Origin: Snowella sp.
GTDB lineage: Bacteria; Cyanobacteriota; Cyanobacteriia; Cyanobacteriales; Microcystaceae
Assembly (NCBI GenBank): GCA_035285545.1
Contig: JAYKGY010000147.1
Coordinates: forward strand, 1 to 31,909
Length of the DNA stretch: 31,909 bases
Direction: 5' to 3'
Positions 1 through 10,246 of this stretch are shown one piece after another. The number at the start of each line of letters is the position of its first letter. Position 1 is the first letter of the stretch. The position numbers and the translations under genes were made by a program. Under the pieces are notes generated by a model that made no database searches, was not told the DNA's origin, and saw only the letters and a program-made list of their open reading frames with translations.

Positions 1-218
1 GACTCATTTGAGAGATAGTTATCCGAGCATTTGCTAGGGAAATAACCGTCCACCTAGCTAGTGAAGTTAGCGTTCGCTAAAATGTACCAATTTCGTTCCT
101 ATTGACTTTTCGGATAGGCTCTTAATAGGCAAGACAGTTTTTATTTTTTATACAGGAATGATTAATGATTATTGAGGGTGTTGGGTATTATTTAAAAAAA
201 TAGTTGAGGCGATCGCGG

Positions 219-1220
219 ATGATTCGAGCTTATGCAGCCAGAGAAAAAAGCGGAAAATTAGAACCCTTTGAATATGATCCTGGTTCCCTTGGGGAAGAGC
301 AAGTTGAGATTGAGGTTGAATATTGCGGCATTTGTCACAGCGATCTCCACATGTTAGACAATGATTGGGGCATGGCCCAATATCCCTTGGTTCCTGGTCA
401 TGAGGTCGTCGGGAAAATTTCCGCGATCGGCAGTAAAGTCACGACGTTAAAAGTGGGTCAGCGCGTAGGAGTCGGTTGGTTTTCCCATTCCTGTATGACC
501 TGTGAGTGGTGTATGTCGGGCAATCAAAATCTTTGTTTAACGGCAGAAGGGGTTATTGTCGGTCGGCACGGGGGTTTTGCCAATAAGGTTCGAGCGAATC
601 AAGAGTGGGCGATCGCACTGCCAGAGGGAATGAATCCCGAATCGGCTGGCCCATTATTCTGCGGTGGCATTACGGTTTTTAATCCCATTGTGATCTGTAA
701 CGTTAAACCCACTGAACGGGTTGGTGTTGTCGGCATCGGTGGCTTAGGACACATGGCCATTCAGTTTTTAAAGGCTTGGGGTTGTGAAGTCACCGCCTTT
801 TCCCATAGCCCTGATAAAGAAGCCGAAGCTAAAGCAATGGGGGCAAGTCATTTTGTCAATTCCCGCGATCCCGAATCTATAGCATCCGTAGCCAACTCTT
901 TAGACTTTATCCTCTCAACCGTAAGTGCCGATTTAAACTGGGATGCCTATATTACTGCATTGCGTCCTAAAGGTCGTTTTCATATTGTTGGAGTTACGCC
1001 GAATCCTTTATCCGTTGGTCTATTTCCCCTACTGTTAGGGCAAAAGTCTATTTCAGCCAGCCCACTCGGTAGTCCTGTCACAGTGAGTCAGATGCTTGAG
1101 TTTGCTGTCCGACACCAACTAGAACCCGTTGTTGAAGTTTATCCCATTGAGCAAGTCAACGAGGCAATGGAAAAATTACGCAATGGCAAGCCCCGCTATC
1201 GTTTAGTGTTAAAGCTTTAA
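219..1220 (+). CDS. ahr: Zn-dependent NADPH aldehyde reductase / cinnamyl-alcohol-dehydrogenase-like (Ahr/AdhA)
   Basis: CGICHSD, GHEVVG, structural Zn Cys cluster CMTCEWC...C and GIGGLG Rossmann motif. ATG at 219 is preferred over TTG at 204. Confidence 0.9.
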   Translation: MIRAYAAREKSGKLEPFEYDPGSLGEEQVEIEVEYCGICHSDLHMLDNDWGMAQYPLVPGHEVVGKISAIGSKVTTLKVGQRVGVGWFSHSCMTCEWCMSGNQNLCLTAEGVIVGRHGGFANKVRANQEWAIALPEGMNPESAGPLFCGGITVFNPIVICNVKPTERVGVVGIGGLGHMAIQFLKAWGCEVTAFSHSPDKEAEAKAMGASHFVNSRDPESIASVANSLDFILSTVSADLNWDAYITALRPKGRFHIVGVTPNPLSVGLFPLLLGQKSISASPLGSPVTVSQMLEFAVRHQLEPVVEVYPIEQVNEAMEKLRNGKPRYRLVLKL

Positions 1221-1257
1221 AAGGCCGGTTCTAGCGTGATGGCGAAGGGAGATAGGT

Positions 1258-2382
<1,125 letters not shown>

Positions 2383-2531
2383 CTATTCTCTCAAATTAAT
2401 TGCCCAAATCTCTCTCCCAGGATTCTTAAATCAGTTCATGATGAGCATTTCCGGCCGAAAAAAATTTGCTATTGTGGTAGGCTAGTTAATCGATCTGGGT
2501 TTAACTGAACTTTTTACAGCCTTTACTCTGC

Positions 2532-4208
2532 ATGATTTCCCCTTCTGCTACGGTTGCCCCCCCTCAATTCTCGACGAAAACCATTCGTCCGATTGCAGCA
2601 ATTTCGATTCACGGGATTGTCTTTGATGGCGATCGCTTACTGGCAGTGGATAACAAAAACGGCTATTTACTGCAAATTGATCCAGTCACGCACAATACCC
2701 AAATTCTGAATTCGCAAACTTGGCAGGACTTTATTGGCGCAACGGGGTTGGCGATCGCGGAGGGGCTGCTGTGGTTCACCGCTGGAGACGGGATTTATCA
2801 TTGCGACTTAGCCAAAGGAGATTTTGAGCCAGAACTCTTTGCCCGCTTAGATTACCCTGTGAGTGGTGTGGCCGTTTGGGAGTCAACCGTTTATGTTACT
2901 TGCCAGAAAACAGGGGATATTCTCGTTTTCAATCGTGACACCAAACAGGTGATTATTCGCTTTTATGCCCCTGGAATTGGGGTGGAAAATATCACCATTA
3001 AGGGTGAAGAACTGTGGCTTACCGATACCCTAGAGCAATCGGTCTATTGTCTAGATCGGGCAACAGGACAAGTAATTTTTAGTGTCTTGACTCCCTTTGA
3101 AACGCCAACCGGATTAGCCTTTTACACCGATCCCACAACCGGAAAAGAAACGCTCTATATCGCCTATGTCCAGCAAGAACCCTATATTCGGGATAATCCC
3201 AACGCTGACCCCAACCATGAGTTGCATTATCGCCCCCGCACCTTCATTCATCCCCTCTATTTTCACTACGATCCAGAGAAAAAATTTGCTCTCTCCAATG
3301 GCTATCTAGTAGAAATGAGCTATGTGGAGGAATTAGAACCGCTTGATCCTGTTGATCTAAAAAACGTGGAGTGGCGTATTGCTCTGCCCGCCGAAACCCC
3401 CCGACAAAAGATCCGCAGCATCGAAGCAATTGGAATGCCGTTTACGGAAATTGATGAAAATGGGCAAAAAATTGCTGTCTTTAAATTCGATAATTTAACG
3501 ATAGACTCCCGCGCTATCTTTGGTTGGAAAGTGGTGATGGAAGTATGGAGTATTAAATATCGCGTTCTACCTAAAGATTGTGAGAATACCCCAGCCTTAC
3601 CCAGAGGTTTTGCGGAACGTTATTTAGTCGATAACGATAATCTGGCGATGGATACGGATATTATTATTCGGGCAGCATCGGAGGCGATCGCGCGGGAAAC
3701 GAATCTCCTGCGAAAAATGTACAGTATCCGTAACTATGTTTACGATAAGCTTTCCTACGGCATTAAACCCCATATTGATACCCCTGATTTGGCCCTAAGA
3801 CGGGGTGTGGGTTCCTGCGGTGAATATGTCGGCATTTTACTCGCCCTAGCCCGTTTAAACGGTATCGCTTGCCGCACCGTTGGTCGTTACAAATGTCCTG
3901 CCTATCCCCTCAATCGTCACATCCCAATGGAACCCGATTTTAACCATGTTTGGCTGGAATTCTATATTCCTGGGTTTGGCTGGCTACCGATGGAATCCAA
4001 TCCCGACGATTTAGCCGATGGGGGCCCCTATCCTACACGCTTCTTTATGGGTCTAGCCTGGTATCACGCCGAAATGGCCAAGGATGTTCCCTTTGCTTTA
4101 TTAATTAGTGACGGCATTCCGGTTAATAAACAACGGGTTTCCATTGGAGAGTTAGCCATCAATCATGTTCAATTTACGATTCTGGATGAGCTATCCCCTG
4201 AACCTTAA
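2532..4208 (+). CDS. transglutaminase-like domain protein with N-terminal beta-propeller-like repeats
   Basis: C-terminal GSCGEY...LARLNGIACR...NHVWLEFY...GWLP core; N-terminal repeated GLA/LW/VY blades. Confidence 0.85.
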   Translation: MISPSATVAPPQFSTKTIRPIAAISIHGIVFDGDRLLAVDNKNGYLLQIDPVTHNTQILNSQTWQDFIGATGLAIAEGLLWFTAGDGIYHCDLAKGDFEPELFARLDYPVSGVAVWESTVYVTCQKTGDILVFNRDTKQVIIRFYAPGIGVENITIKGEELWLTDTLEQSVYCLDRATGQVIFSVLTPFETPTGLAFYTDPTTGKETLYIAYVQQEPYIRDNPNADPNHELHYRPRTFIHPLYFHYDPEKKFALSNGYLVEMSYVEELEPLDPVDLKNVEWRIALPAETPRQKIRSIEAIGMPFTEIDENGQKIAVFKFDNLTIDSRAIFGWKVVMEVWSIKYRVLPKDCENTPALPRGFAERYLVDNDNLAMDTDIIIRAASEAIARETNLLRKMYSIRNYVYDKLSYGIKPHIDTPDLALRRGVGSCGEYVGILLALARLNGIACRTVGRYKCPAYPLNRHIPMEPDFNHVWLEFYIPGFGWLPMESNPDDLADGGPYPTRFFMGLAWYHAEMAKDVPFALLISDGIPVNKQRVSIGELAINHVQFTILDELSPEP

Positions 4209-4238
4209 CCCTTTGAGGAAGACTAAAAAGTTATCAAG

Positions 4239-4826
4239 CTAGGACATTAACCAACCAAATAGTTCATTAATGCTGATTTGCAAATCTCCCGCAAAAAGGG
4301 GAACAGGAATAAGGCTTTCTTTCTCGTCAATAATTTTAACTTGTTCATTGGGCAGATAGACTAATACCGTTTGTTCCTTTGGGTCTATGAGCCAGCCCAC
4401 TTGGGTTCCATTGTGTAAACAATACAAAATATTTTTGATAACGCGGATAGGACTCTGCTCAGGGGACAAAATCTCAATTGTCCAATCAGGAGCCCGTTCA
4501 AAAAAATCGGCAATTTCCCCCGACGCATCACGGGGAATACGAGCTTGAGTAAAAACGGCAATATCGGGAACAATAGAGCGAGATGCTTCACGATTACCAG
4601 TAGAATTCCCAAAGGTACACCGTAGCTCAGAAAATGCTAACCCCAGACGTTGGGAAGCAAGCACCTGGTTAATTCTTGCCGCTAGTAGGGTTTGTAAGAG
4701 ACTATGTTTTCCCTTGGGCATTGGTTTTTGTTGGATAGTGCCATTGATATATTCTTGAGCGGGTTTCGTTTCTGGCAAGCTCAGAAATTCTGCCAAAGAA
4801 ATTGATGGTGTCGGGACTGTAACCAT
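4239..4826 (-). CDS. Uma2 family (DUF820) PD-(D/E)xK endonuclease
   Basis: LPETKPAQEYING...PMPKGKHS, SIVPDIAV, APDWTIEILSP, GWLIDP. Confidence 0.9.
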   Translation of the reverse strand: MVTVPTPSISLAEFLSLPETKPAQEYINGTIQQKPMPKGKHSLLQTLLAARINQVLASQRLGLAFSELRCTFGNSTGNREASRSIVPDIAVFTQARIPRDASGEIADFFERAPDWTIEILSPEQSPIRVIKNILYCLHNGTQVGWLIDPKEQTVLVYLPNEQVKIIDEKESLIPVPLFAGDLQISINELFGWLMS

Positions 4827-4899
4827 AGATGAGGCTCACGCAAAAAAGTCATCCTATCCGAATTATAAGTTTTCCGTTGGAATTGTCAGTAAAAAGGAT

Positions 4900-4923
4900 A
4901 AAAAAAGGCACATATAATGCGCC
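4900..4923 (-). terminator. intrinsic terminator downstream of recA
   Basis: Minus strand GGCGCAT-TAT-ATGTGCC stem followed by a T-run, about 30 nt after the recA stop. Confidence 0.65.
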
Positions 4924-4955
4924 CTGGTTAGGAATTAATTGCAATAAATTAGAAA

Positions 4956-6020
4956 TTACTCAAAATCGCCGTCTTCTAAGTCCTCCTCATCGCCAGAAGA
5001 AATGGGTAAGCTTAAAGAGCCAATTTCTAACTTTTCGCGGACTTTTTGTTCTACCTCGGCGGCAATTTCGGGGCGTTCTTCCAAATACTTCATGGCATTA
5101 TCGCGACCTTGGGCAATATTTTCACCGTTGTAGCTGTACCAAGCCCCTTTACGAACAATTACGTCGGTTCGTTCCGCTAGATCCACCATGCAACCGACTT
5201 GGGAAATGCCAGAACCAAAAATAATGTCAAATTCTGCAATGCGGAAGGGGGGAGCCACTTTGTTTTTCGCAACTTTTACCTTGGCTCGAATCCCGTATTC
5301 ACCTTCACTGCCTTTTTTAAGGGTTTGAATACGACGAATATCTAGGCGCACAGAAGCATAAAACTTTAGAGCGGTTCCCCCTGTGGTAACTTCGGGGCTG
5401 CCATAGGTGACACCAATTTTTTGTCGGAGTTGGTTTAAGAAGACCACAATGCACCCTGAGCGGCCAATATTGCCCGCAATTTTCCGCAGAGCTTTACTCA
5501 TTAAGCGAGCCTGTAAACCCACTTGATTATCGCCCATTTCTCCTTCAATTTCTGCACGGGGAACGAGGGCTGCAACGGAGTCCACCACAATTAGATCAAC
5601 CACAGAAGAACGCACTAACTGATCGACAATTTCTAAGGCGGCTTCTCCTGTATCGGGTTGGGCAACGAGCAAATTTTCAATATCAACACCGACAGCAGAG
5701 GCATAGGTAGGGTCGAGGGCGTGTTCTGCATCAATAAAGGCTGCTACCCCACCGGCTTTTTGAACTTCCGCTAAGGCATGGAGGGCTAGGGTTGTTTTTC
5801 CTGAACTTTCTGGGCCATAAATTTCGACAATTCGTCCTTTGGGTAAGCCGCCACCTAACGCTAAATCTAAAGTTAATGCGCCGGTCGGGACGGTTTCTAC
5901 GCGCATTTGGGCCGCATCCCCTAAACGCATAATGGAGCCTTTACCGAAACTCCGTTCAATTTGATTAAGAACTACACTCAGGGTTTTATCGCGATCCGAA
6001 CTATTGGTTGTGGTAGCCAT
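4956..6020 (-). CDS. recA: recombinase RecA
   Basis: GPESSGKTT Walker [31 protein letters not shown]. Confidence 0.99.
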   Translation of the reverse strand: MATTTNSSDRDKTLSVVLNQIERSFGKGSIMRLGDAAQMRVETVPTGALTLDLALGGGLPKGRIVEIYGPESSGKTTLALHALAEVQKAGGVAAFIDAEHALDPTYASAVGVDIENLLVAQPDTGEAALEIVDQLVRSSVVDLIVVDSVAALVPRAEIEGEMGDNQVGLQARLMSKALRKIAGNIGRSGCIVVFLNQLRQKIGVTYGSPEVTTGGTALKFYASVRLDIRRIQTLKKGSEGEYGIRAKVKVAKNKVAPPFRIAEFDIIFGSGISQVGCMVDLAERTDVIVRKGAWYSYNGENIAQGRDNAMKYLEERPEIAAEVEQKVREKLEIGSLSLPISSGDEEDLEDGDFE

Positions 6021-6055
6021 TAACGCCTCAGAAAATCTTTCAACAAGAATGATCT

Positions 6056-6076
6056 AGTACAAAGGTTTTTATTGTA
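6056..6076 (-). promoter_or_regulatory. putative cyanobacterial LexA box next to a -10 element of the recA promoter
   Basis: AGTAC-AAA-GGTTTT (6056-6069, + strand) has one mismatch to RGTAC-N3-DGTWCB. TACAAT lies on the minus strand at 6071-6076. Confidence 0.55.
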
Positions 6077-6235
6077 ACCTATTTTTTAGGGAGCTTGCCT
6101 AAATTTTTCAAGGATTTGATTGCTTAAATCGGGATTTGCTGACTTTATGGGGTTTCATCTCTGGTTAAAACTTCAACAGAGCGCGATCGCCCCATTAAGA
6201 TAGAAAGAGTATGCCTAACTGCCTAGAGATTGCGA

Positions 6236-7519
6236 ATGACTAGTACCCTTGTTTCTTCTCCTTGTCTGAATGCACCGACTGTCCATAGGCTTCCCAATGG
6301 CTTAACCATTATTGCGGAACAATTACCTGTTGAGGCGGTGAATTTAAATATTTGGTTACAGGTGGGATCGGTGTTGGAGGACGATGGGATTAATGGGATG
6401 GCTCATTTTTTAGAACACATGATTTTTAAAGGCTCTTCTCAATTAGCGAGTGGAGACTTTGAAAAGGCGATCGAAGAACGGGGGGCAGTTACCAATGCGG
6501 CAACCAGTCAAGAATATACCCACTACTACATTACGGCGGCTCCCAAGGATTTTGGCGATTTGGCCCCGTTACAATTGGAAGTCCTCTTAAATGCCAGTAT
6601 TGCGGATGAGCCGTTTGAACGGGAAAAATTAGTGGTTTTAGAAGAAATTCGCCGAGCGGAAGATAATCCTCAACGACGGGTATTTAATGAGGTGATGCAA
6701 GTTGGCTTTGAGCAATCTCCCTATTGTCGTCCTGTGTTGGGTTCAACGTCGATTATTGAACAATTAAAACCCCAGCAAATGCGGAACTTTCATGCCAATT
6801 GGTATCAACCTTCACGAATGACTGCGGCAGTGGTGGGGAATTTACCGACGGAGGAACTGATCGGTATTGTCGCTGAGAGCTTTTCGCAAACCTATACGAT
6901 CAAGTCTCCTGCTGAAGTTTTACCTATTCCCACTTTACAAGCTTGGCAACCGTTTACAAGTATTGTCAGCCGAGAAGGGGTGGATGAAACGCTTCAACAA
7001 GCTCGTCTGATTTTGATGTGGCGGGTGCCGGGGTTACAGGATTTAGAACAGACCTACGCCCTGGATGTCTTAGCCGCTATTTTGGGCAGGGGAAAGGTTT
7101 CTCGTTTAGTCTGGCAATTGCGGGAAGAACGCGGTTTACTGACTTCTATTAGTGCCCATAATATGACCTACGGAAATCAGGGATTATTCTATATTGCGGC
7201 TCAGTTACCCTCGGAAAATGTGGAAACGGTAGAGGCGGCAATTTTGGCACAAATTCAACAAATTCAAGAGAACTCAGTGACTGAAATAGAACTCGCTCGT
7301 ATTCGGACGCAGGTGGCGAATCGCTTTATTTTTAGTAACGAGCGGCCTAGCGATCGCGCTAATTTGTATGGTTATTATTATTCCCAATTGCAATCTTTAG
7401 AGCCTGCCTTAACCTATCCTCAGGTGATTCAATCCCTACAACGGGAAAGCTTACAACGAGTGGCGCAGCACTATTTATCTCCTGAGAATTACGGGAGGGT
7501 CGTGGTTCGCTGTCAATAG
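6236..7519 (+). CDS. M16 family (pitrilysin/processing) metallopeptidase
   Basis: GMAHFLEHMIFKG (HxxEH), NAATSQEYT, EREKLVVLEE. ATG at 6236. Confidence 0.93.
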   Translation: MTSTLVSSPCLNAPTVHRLPNGLTIIAEQLPVEAVNLNIWLQVGSVLEDDGINGMAHFLEHMIFKGSSQLASGDFEKAIEERGAVTNAATSQEYTHYYITAAPKDFGDLAPLQLEVLLNASIADEPFEREKLVVLEEIRRAEDNPQRRVFNEVMQVGFEQSPYCRPVLGSTSIIEQLKPQQMRNFHANWYQPSRMTAAVVGNLPTEELIGIVAESFSQTYTIKSPAEVLPIPTLQAWQPFTSIVSREGVDETLQQARLILMWRVPGLQDLEQTYALDVLAAILGRGKVSRLVWQLREERGLLTSISAHNMTYGNQGLFYIAAQLPSENVETVEAAILAQIQQIQENSVTEIELARIRTQVANRFIFSNERPSDRANLYGYYYSQLQSLEPALTYPQVIQSLQRESLQRVAQHYLSPENYGRVVVRCQ

Positions 7520-7628
7520 TCCAACGGGGGAAATTTAGCAAATGGTTTAGGGTAAACCTAAAATTTTTGTTAACATGGGAAAATGTTAAGAACTGTTATG
7601 CCATTATCTATGACCCTTTTCTCCTCCC

Positions 7629-8174
7629 ATGAATATCCCCTCTCACTCCGTTATACTCTTGGTAGATGGCTACAATATCATTGGCCATTGGACTTCGCTT
7701 AAGCAAACTCGCGATCGCTATGGTTTAGAAATTGCCCGACAAGAATTAGTCGAAGCCTTGATCAACTACACGACCCATCAGGGCTATAAAACGCAAATTG
7801 TTTTTGATTCCCAATATCAGAAAACCCCTAGCACAGAAGAATCCTACGGCCCCCATCTTTCGGTTTATTTCACAGCTTGGACACAGACAGCTGATACGTA
7901 TATTGAAAAATATTGTGCTGCTTTTTCCCGTCAGAATAGTCGCCTCACCTCTCGCCTCATTGTGGCCACCTCTGATCGAGATCAACGCTTAACGGTTACA
8001 GGTTACGGTGCAGAATGGATGTCTGCTCAACTGCTGGATCAAAATGTTAATCAAAGTGTGCAAAGTGTGAAACGTCAACAGCGATCGCGCTCAAAACCCG
8101 CTAGTCGTCTGCTTTATCACTCCTTAGATCCCAAAGCGCAACAAAAATTAGCTCAATGGCGGCATGGTCTTTAA
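7629..8174 (+). CDS. NYN domain (YacP/Rae1-like PIN-fold) ribonuclease
   Basis: LLVDGYNII, IVFD, TADTYIE, VATSD acidic motifs. Confidence 0.88.
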   Translation: MNIPSHSVILLVDGYNIIGHWTSLKQTRDRYGLEIARQELVEALINYTTHQGYKTQIVFDSQYQKTPSTEESYGPHLSVYFTAWTQTADTYIEKYCAAFSRQNSRLTSRLIVATSDRDQRLTVTGYGAEWMSAQLLDQNVNQSVQSVKRQQRSRSKPASRLLYHSLDPKAQQKLAQWRHGL

Positions 8175-8256
8175 GCAGTGGTCAAGGAAACGCTCATTAA
8201 CAGGAGACAAAGCAGATAGAATAATTTAAGCCGTTTTGATAGATGCTTTAATCTTT

Positions 8257-8436
8257 ATGACTACCCATTTCATCACCGCCGAAATTGATCTTCAGGAATC
8301 TCCCGTTAAACTACAACAAGAAATTGAAGCAGAATTGGAAAAACGGGGTGAACCATTACGTTGGGCCATTACTGCCATTGATACCGAACAGCAGAAAGCC
8401 CACATCGAAGCGATTGTTACGGTAAATACCCCGTAA
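8257..8436 (+). CDS. small conserved cyanobacterial hypothetical protein
   Basis: MTTHFITAEIDLQ...GEPLRWAIT...AHIEAIVT; co-oriented 23 nt upstream of the DUF3326 gene. Confidence 0.75.
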   Translation: MTTHFITAEIDLQESPVKLQQEIEAELEKRGEPLRWAITAIDTEQQKAHIEAIVTVNTP

Positions 8437-8459
8437 GATTTATTTTTTAGAAAAATTTC

Positions 8460-9509
8460 TTGAATCCTGTGACGTATAACGTTGTTTTAATTGTCCCAAC
8501 AGGAATCGGTGCGGCTATTGGTGGCTATGCGGGGGATGCTTTACCGATCGCGCGAACCATGGCCCAAGTCTGCGATCGCCTGATTACCCATCCCAATGTC
8601 ATGAATGGGGCCCAACTCTACTGGCCCATTGCCAACGCCCTTTATGTGGAAGGTTACGGTTTAGATCAATTTGCCCAAGGAAACTGGGGATTGCAGCCTA
8701 TTCAACCCAATCGCGTCGGTTTAATTCTCGATCAGGGCATTGAAGACGATTTACGGCTGCGTCATTTACAAGTTGCTGATGCTACCCGTGCCACCTTGGG
8801 CTTAAATCTGACGGATTATGTCATTACCGATGCCCCTTTAAATGTGGAATTACGAATTACCGAATCAGGCACCAGTTGGGGAACCATTGGCAATCCGGGG
8901 AGTTTATTACGGGCCGCCGAAACCCTCATTCAACAGGCCCAGGCAACCGCGATCGCTGTGATTGCCCGTTTTCCCGATGATGTAGATAGCGTCATTCTCA
9001 CCAGTTACCGTCAAGGCAAAGGGGTTGATCCCCTATCGGGTGCGGAAGCGGTTATTTCCCATCTCATTGTGCGTCAATTCCAAATTCCCACAGCCCACGC
9101 CCCTGCTCTCAGTCCCTTACCCCTCGATTCTTCCATTTCTCCCCGTTCAGCCGCTGAAGAAATTGGCTATACCTTTCTGCCCTGCGTTTTAGTGGGATTA
9201 AGCCGCGCCCCACAATTTGTAGCCCAACCCACCATCGATAGCCTTTGGGCAAATCAGGTTAACGCCTTAGTCATTCCCGCCAGTGCCGCAGGTGGCAGTG
9301 CAACCCTGAATTTTAGCCAACAAAATTGCTTAATAATTGCTGTCGAAGAAAATCACACAGTATTACAAGTTCCTCCCGAATCATTAGGAATCAAGGCAAT
9401 TAGGGTAAACTCGTATTTAGAGGCATTAGGGGTTTTAATTGCCCACCGTGCAGGGATTAATTTAGAATCCTTTCGCCCCAATCTCTCTTCTTTACGCCCT
9501 ATCTCCTAA
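8460..9509 (+). CDS. DUF3326 domain protein
   Basis: IVPTGIGAAIGGYAGDA, ITHPNVMNGA, GAEAVISH, AAEEIGYTFLPCVL. Confidence 0.85.
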   Translation: MNPVTYNVVLIVPTGIGAAIGGYAGDALPIARTMAQVCDRLITHPNVMNGAQLYWPIANALYVEGYGLDQFAQGNWGLQPIQPNRVGLILDQGIEDDLRLRHLQVADATRATLGLNLTDYVITDAPLNVELRITESGTSWGTIGNPGSLLRAAETLIQQAQATAIAVIARFPDDVDSVILTSYRQGKGVDPLSGAEAVISHLIVRQFQIPTAHAPALSPLPLDSSISPRSAAEEIGYTFLPCVLVGLSRAPQFVAQPTIDSLWANQVNALVIPASAAGGSATLNFSQQNCLIIAVEENHTVLQVPPESLGIKAIRVNSYLEALGVLIAHRAGINLESFRPNLSSLRPIS

Positions 9510-9515
9510 AAAGCT

Positions 9516-10091
9516 GTGACCCAGTCTAATAAATCTGACTTTGACCCCCTGAGCCGTACTCAAATCCTGATAGTGATGGCTGTTACTGCCATTATCTTAC
9601 TGGTGGTCGCTAAGATTTGGCAAAAATTGGGGGACGTTTCCCTCTTACGCTTAACCTTTAACCCCCGTGCTTATTTTCTGGGAATTGCTTTGGCCGGAGG
9701 TATTGTGATAGCCAGTAGCTTGATCTATCGCCTTTGGCCCGCCTATCGTCAAAGTGCGGATGGTTACCTAGAATTAGTCATTAAGCCATTGGTTTGGCCC
9801 GATTTAATTTGGTTGGGATTGTTGCCAGGATTAAGCGAAGAATTATTATTTCGGGGAGTCATGCTGCCTGCCTTGGGGCTAGATCTCACTGCCGTCATTG
9901 TGTCGAGTTTAGTTTTTGGGGTTTTGCACTTAAGTGGGGTACAGCAATGGCCCTATGTGGTTTGGGCAACCGTAGTCGGTTTTGCGTTGGGTTATACGGC
10001 GTTAATTACTGGCAATTTACTGATTCCCATCATTGCCCATATTTTGACGAATTTAATTTCTAGCAGTCTGTGGAAATTTAATAATCAGTAG
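9516..10091 (+). CDS. CPBP (CAAX/Abi) intramembrane glutamic endopeptidase
   Basis: EELLFRG, FGVLH and AHILTN motifs; hydrophobic segments; GTG start. Confidence 0.9.
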   Translation: MTQSNKSDFDPLSRTQILIVMAVTAIILLVVAKIWQKLGDVSLLRLTFNPRAYFLGIALAGGIVIASSLIYRLWPAYRQSADGYLELVIKPLVWPDLIWLGLLPGLSEELLFRGVMLPALGLDLTAVIVSSLVFGVLHLSGVQQWPYVVWATVVGFALGYTALITGNLLIPIIAHILTNLISSSLWKFNNQ

Positions 10092-10246
10092 TTTACATGA
10101 TTGGGAAGGTGACGTGAATCCCTGATCGCGCTAATCGGTAACAAATCGCTAAACTTTATTGAGATGGGGAGTGCGTCAGAAACAGGATCACAGTACGATA
10201 AGATCATAGACTTGTAGCAAAATGTGTTGACATAAAATTTTCCGCA

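Noticed and set aside
1..200. Possible minus-strand gene start at position 7 or an ncRNA
   Set aside because: Too little sequence at the window edge to support a call.
4829..5224. Shadow ORFs in the track (e.g. 4829-5224, 10085-10513, 21669-21893, 22143-22505, 22998-23309, 30444-30629)
   Set aside because: They overlap well-supported genes in antisense or another frame and have no recognisable motifs.
6236..10091. M16 peptidase and CPBP protease as possible GrrA leader-processing enzymes
   Set aside because: They are 18-22 kb from the cluster among ordinary core genes; nothing in the sequence links them.
10092..10246. T-box or other leader RNA upstream of thrS
   Set aside because: No T-box motif or terminator/antiterminator is visible and the region is short.
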